DNA of 64,000 nt from Octopus vulgaris (Eukaryota). The stretch covers positions 11,780,001 to 11,844,000 of the forward strand of contig OX597840.1 in assembly GCA_951406725.2 (NCBI GenBank), in the 5' to 3' direction. How positions within the stretch are numbered: the first letter of the stretch is position 1; each line of letters opens with the position of its first letter. The position numbers and the translations under genes are program-made. This document shows, piece by piece, positions 1 to 64,000 of this stretch. The notes below the pieces were generated by a model. That model worked only from the letters and a program-made list of their open reading frames with translations. It was not told where the DNA came from and made no database searches.

Positions 1-958
1 GTCAGTTGGATGTGTAATGTCAGTGTGCATACTCGTCAGAGTGTAAGTACCTAGAGAGAAAAGTTGGACCTGAGAAGCATCAGATGTGGCGAGCAAGAGA
101 GACAACTGCACTGGTATGGCCATGTGATGCAAATGGACGAGGATAGCTGTGTGAAAAAGTGCCACACCCTAGCGGTTGAGGGAACCTGAGGAAGAGGTAG
201 CCCCAGGAAGACCTGGGATGAGGTGGTGAAGCATGACCTTCGAACATTAGGCCTCACCGAGGCAATGACTAGTGACCGACACCTTTGGAAATATGCAGCG
301 CTTGAGAAGACCCGGCAAGCCAAATGAAAGTATAACCTCATAGCCTATGCCAGGGGTGTAACCAGTCCACTTATGCATACCTTTCTTTCATTGGGCACTA
401 AACTCTGCTTGCGAAGACATGTTGAGGCAAGTGAAAGCGAAATTAAATTCGATGACTGGCATCCATGCTAGTGGAGCGCTAAGAGCACCATCCGAGCGTG
501 ATCGTTGCCAGAGCAGCTGACTGGCTTCTGTGCCGGTGGCACGTAAAAAGGACCATTCAAGTGTGATCGTTACCAGCATTGCCATACTGGCACGTGAAAA
601 AACATTCGAGCAAGGTTGTTGCCAGTGCCACTGCACTGGCTCCTGTGTAGGTGGCACGTAAAAAACACCATTTGAGCGTGATTGTTACCAGCAGCGCCTT
701 ACTGGCACCTGGGCCGGTGGCATGTGTAAAAGATTCAAGCGAGGTCGTTGCCAGTACTGCCTGACTGGCCCTGTGCCGGTGGCACGTAAAAGCACCCACT
801 ACACTCTCGGAGTGGTTGGCATTAGGAAGGGCATCCAGCTGTAGAAACTCTGCCTGATCAAGATTGGAGCCTGGTGCAGCCATCTGGTTCGCCAGCCCTC
901 AGTCAAAATCGTCCAACCCATGCTAGCATGGAAAGCGGACGTTAAATGATGATGATGA
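1..958 (+). mobile_element. RTE-clade LINE 3' end (decayed ORF C-terminus plus 3'UTR with ~60-bp subrepeats and (TGA)n tail)
   Basis: Translation QLHWYGHVMQMDEDSCVKKCHTLAVEGT*GRGSPRKTWDEVVKHDL...DRHLWK is the typical RTE C-terminus. The same UTR/tail recurs at about 6117-6260, 7010-7530, 9903-10420(-), 29925-30320, 33115-33620, 40885-41197(-), 53980-54845, 55975-56418(-) and 57170-57530. Confidence 0.88.
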
Positions 959-1182
959 ATAATAATTTCAAATATTTGCCACAAGGACAGCTTGGGAGAG
1001 GTGGGGGATGAGTCAATTACATCGACCCCAGTGTTCAACTGGTACTTCATTTATTGACTCTGAAAGGACGAAAGGCAAAGTTGACCTCGGTGGAATTTGA
1101 AATTGGAAAGTAGCAACGAGCGAAATACCACTAAGCATTTCATGCAGTGTGCTAACGACTCTGCCATCTCGCTATCTTATAG

Positions 1183-1214
<32 letters not shown>

Positions 1215-1530
1215 TAATAATAATCCTTTTTTACTGGAAGCACAAGGCCTCAGATTTGGGGGAAGTGATTAAGTCGATCACATCGACCCCAGTGCATAAC
1301 TGGTACTTAGTTTATTGACTCTGAAATGACAAAACACAGAGTCAACCTCAGCAGAATTTGAACTCACAACATAGTGACAAGATCGTAGTCCGTATTCCTG
1401 GGATAATTACAGCACAGTCCGTAGTGCCCATGGATATCGGATGGGGTGGGGAGGAGATCATCTACGGCTGATATGTATACACACACACATACATGTTACC
1501 ATAACTCAATGTAGACAGGTGTTACATTAC

Positions 1531-59919
<58,389 letters not shown>

Positions 59920-59924
59920 GTTGA

Positions 59925-60035
59925 AAGGTAACCGGAAGTTGACATAGAGTGCGGAAACCGGAGGTTAATGTCCCAAACCGGGTGTTCGCCTCAGATTTTC
60001 GTCTTTTTTTCTCCTTATCACTACTTCCGCTTTTA
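59925..60035 (-). promoter_or_regulatory. CCDC93 proximal promoter/5'UTR with ETS-type motifs
   Basis: ACCGGAAGTT (59931), GCGGAA/CCGGAG (59951-59963) and ACTTCCGC (~60023) lie just upstream of the ATG; locally CpG-rich. Confidence 0.6.
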
Positions 60036-60441
60036 GCATATATTTATTTATTTAGGAAATTATTTATTTACGAATTTATAAAACAAATATTTTGAAAGAA
60101 ATCAAATAGGAATAATAAAATATTTTAATTAAAATTTTTTTTATTTCGTTTTCTCACTTTTCAACGAAAAATAAAGGTAAAAAGATTGGCATTAATTTGG
60201 CGGGAGTGATGGAAGTGGAGGGGAGGGGCAAAAATAAAGTATATTACAAAATAAAATCGGGAATCTAAAATATATATATATATATATATAATAAAATAAA
60301 GCCGGTAATATATATATATATATATATATATATGCATGCATGCGTAGATATATAGTCGCCTTCACCAACAGGTAACATGTACGTATATACGTATAAATGT
60401 ATGTGTATATATATATGTAGATATATGTATATGCGTATGTG

Positions 60442-60472
<31 letters not shown>

Positions 60473-60734
60473 TTGCATGTGTGTGCGTATATATATATAT
60501 ATATATATACGCATGTATATATAATGGTTCGTGTCGCCTTTAAAAGTTCTATTTTCACTTTGGATCTTTTTCAATGGACATATTTCTCCAGCATCGAATT
60601 AATTTTTAAAAAGCAAATAAACGAATATTTATTTATTAATTAATTTATTTATTTTAATTATGAGTAACACGGTGACACCGTAACCTCTGACTTTTTTTTT
60701 TTTTTTTCCTTTGCTTCAACTTTCAACTCTGACC

Positions 60735-60862
60735 TCTCCGCCCTTGTAACGTACGAGTGCGGGAGGGGTGGCGTGACATCGTCTTACAGCGAAGCTCTCT
60801 GATTGGCTGAAACTTGTCGGCTGAGTCCTTCAGCCGTGGCTTTTGTGACACGACGTGAAAAA
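60735..60862 (+). promoter_or_regulatory. CpG-rich promoter element: GC box, SRE-like site, inverted CCAAT box
   Basis: CCGCCC 60738; GGGAGGGG 60761; GTGGCGTGAC 60768-60777 (reverse GTCACGCCAC, SRE-type TCACNCCAC); GATTGGCTG 60801 (reverse CAGCCAATC). Confidence 0.55.
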
Positions 60863-61214
60863 TCTGGTGATCGGCTGCCTTCCTCCCCTTCCTCACTTTC
60901 ACACTCTTCTCTCTCTCTCGTTTCTCTTTTTCCTCCCTTTTCATTCTTACACTGTCTCTTTCATCATTCTCTCTCGTTCTTTATCTTGTATCTATTCTAT
61001 TGTTTACTCACTCTTTATATAGACACGCTTTTACTCTCTTTCTCACTCTCTGCGTCTCTCACTCGCTCCCTCATACTATTTATCTTTCGTCTATTATACA
61101 GTTTACTCACTCCCTTTAGTTTATACACGTTCTCTCTCTTCCTTACTCCTTGCCTTTATATTATTTACTCAACCTACTACTCATGTAAAAGAGAGCGACA
61201 GAGAGTGAGAGAGA

Positions 61215-61665
61215 GAAATATAAAGAATCAGTGAGAGAGTGAGTGAATATTAGATTAAATAGATACAGAACAAATATAGAGAGACGTAAAGAGATAGATT
61301 GAGAGAGTAGGAGGGAGAGGGAAATATAGAGACTCAGTGAGGGAGTGAGTGAATATTAGATTAAATAGATACAGGAACAGATAGAGAGAGACGCAAAGAG
61401 ATATATTGAGAGAGTAGGAGGGAGAGCGAAATATAAAGACTCAGTGAGGGAGGGAGTAAACATCAGATTAAATAGACACAGGAACAGATTGAGAGGGTAG
61501 AAGGGAGAGCGAAATATAGAGACTCAGTGAGGGAGTGAGTGAATATTAGATTAAATAGACACAGGAACAGATAGAGAGAGACGCAAAGAGATAGACTGAG
61601 AGAGTAGGAGGTAGAGCGAAATATAGAGACTCAGTGAGGGAGGGAGTGAATATTACATTAGATAG
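61215..61665. repeat. Purine-rich degenerate tandem repeat (~4-5 units)
   Basis: gaaatatagagactcagtgagggag..agtgaatattagattaaataga.acaggaacagat repeated. Confidence 0.8.
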
Positions 61666-61699
61666 ACACAGAAAGAGGCGCGGAGGAAGAGAGAGAGTG

Positions 61700-61880
61700 A
61701 GAGTGAGTGTGGCTGTTTTGTATCTATTAATGTCGTTGTGGCATCGAGTCGTTCCTTCCAAAATTCTTCGATTCTGTCCACATCGTCGATTATATTTCTT
61801 CACCTTATCCACCAGAAGTCTTCAGGAGACATCCTAGATCATCTTTTAATCCGCCAATTCCTCCACGAACAACGAAAAAG
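61700..61880 (+). other. Probable non-coding 5' exon of a divergently transcribed gene (start uncertain)
   Basis: Unique CpG-containing sequence ending in a strong donor AAAAG|GTGAGT at 61880/61881; no recognisable coding frame. Confidence 0.5.
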
Positions 61881-62864
61881 GTGAGTTTAATTACCTCTTT
61901 CTTTCGCGCACCTGTCTTTCTTAATTAAGAAATCTCTTTCTCTCTCTTTCTTACCTGTTCTTAATTTTTTTGTATTTTCTTCCCCCATTCAAACTTAAAT
62001 CTTAAGTCTGCGATTACCATTCCAGCATTTACGGATTAAGTTGCATCTGTTATTATTAATATTTTATTATGGGTTTAATATTTTATGGAACCCCACGAGG
62101 AAGAATGAACCAAAGTCGATCCCTAGAGATCGAACCCTCAATATAAATGCTACGGATAATATAATGCATTATATATATGCATTATATATATATATATATA
62201 TATATATATTCTTGCATGCGTATACCGAAAGATCGCCCTGTATATTATTCTTGTATTCTTTTATATGCTTCAGGCCAATCACTCTGGCCATGCTGGAGCA
62301 CATATATATATATATATGTATGTATATAAGAACTGGGGTAGATTCGTTCTGCTAAACCCTTCAAGGCGGTGCTCCAGCTTGGTCGCAGTTCTATGACTGA
62401 AACAATTAAAAGAAATATTTATGGGTATATATGTGTATATGTATGGCGATCTTTCGATATAATATATATATGTATATGTATATACATATATACACACGTA
62501 TATATAGACTTATATATATGTATATATATATATATACATGTATGTATATACATATATATATATATATACATTATAATGTGTGTATATCTATATATATATA
62601 TATATACATTATAATGTGTGTATATATATATATATATTATAATGTGTGTATATATATATATATATATTATAATGTGTGTATATATATATATACATTATAA
62701 TGTGTGTATATATATATATATATATATACATTATAATGTGTGTATATGTATATATATATATATACATTCGTTCATGGATATGTGTATCTAAGTGCGTATG
62801 ATTGTAAAATTATGGATGCATATGTGTGTGATACGTATATATATTTATATACGCCATATATATG

Positions 62865-62907
<43 letters not shown>

Positions 62908-63034
62908 ACATGTATGTATATATACACATTATATAGACAGAGTTCTGGTTTAAACACCCCCATATAACCCCTACAGGTATATCAAACACCAAAGTGCGTG
63001 TATATATTTGTGATTGCATACATATGGATATGTC

Positions 63035-63083
<49 letters not shown>

Positions 63084-64000
63084 GTGTGTGTATGTATTTA
63101 ACATTATTGCTGTATATACAAATATGCAATGCCAAACCTTATACACACACGCACGAAGGTTAATGTCACAATAGGATCGGAGCTTAATTAAACATGTAAA
63201 TTAGTCCATGAGCAACATATAATCAATATAATATACAGATGTTATAATCTCATGTGTTGCATCTACAAATATATTTCATTTTGGCCATCCTTCGTTTCAA
63301 GTACCGAAAGATCGCCTTGATTTTTATATCCTTAGAATAAGGCTTCTTTGACTAACCGCGCCATTTCCCAAGAACTGGCACCAGTGAAATTCGATCCTTT
63401 GATCCAGGTCATACGGGCGCTGCCCTATATATTTATATATATATATATATATATATAGTCTTGTATAGTCCATGTAACCTAAATTTGCTTCAGTCTACAA
63501 AGACTGAAGAACCATTCTGCTATTCTTGGCAATAAAAGCCTCTTTTGGTCATGTGGGGGGTCATAAATTGGAACACCACGATGTCGATGTATACAGAGTT
63601 GATATATACACACCACAGGTGAGTGTGTATATAGATGTGTGTTTACTGTATATATATTATATATATATATATATTGATAAAAATGGTAAGACAACAAAAG
63701 AATGAAAGAGACCTCGATATTGTGTTAAAAGAAGAATTTATATATATATATATGTGTGTATATAATATATGGTGAAGGGGGGGGGACTTATACAAAGATG
63801 TATGTATTTTATATACATATATATGTGCGTGTATAGTATGTGTATATATGCGATTCCCTTCATTATTTTGACCTGTAGTTCTGCATTAAATTCCGTGCTT
63901 TGTGTATCAGAAAATATGGTGTGTTTATATACACATTGGTAGCTATATACACCTGCATGTTGGCATATGAAAAGTACATAATGGACCCCTGCCTGTTAGC

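Overview
Eukaryotic, repeat-dense genomic DNA, most likely from a coleoid cephalopod (Octopus-like). That assignment is my recognition of the SINE/RTE families and AT/CA microsatellites, not a database match. The main feature is a minus-strand CCDC93 gene (CCC/Commander complex coiled-coil subunit). I traced 21 GT-AG coding exons by hand from the ATG at 59919 down to 1531. They total 1719 nt (573 codons) in one continuous frame, and the last exons lie left of the window. The introns hold tRNA-derived SINEs, RTE, CR1 and R4/Dong LINE ends, Tc1/mariner remnants, piggyBac- and Merlin-like MITEs, fold-back palindromes and satellites grown out of transposon parts. The most notable non-genic signals are: (1) minimal type I hammerhead-ribozyme motifs of Penelope type, including a tandem pair 605 nt apart; (2) a 141-bp satellite whose unit resembles a degenerate 5S rRNA head of a SINE; (3) an array of five hairpins next to exon 18; (4) a 2.4-kb nested palindrome in intron 2; and (5) an SRE + CCAAT + GC-box cluster upstream of a divergent + strand exon, which could be an SREBP target such as INSIG. 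Almost all long ORFs in the supplied track are repeat artefacts. Repeat boundaries are approximate, while exon boundaries were read base by base.
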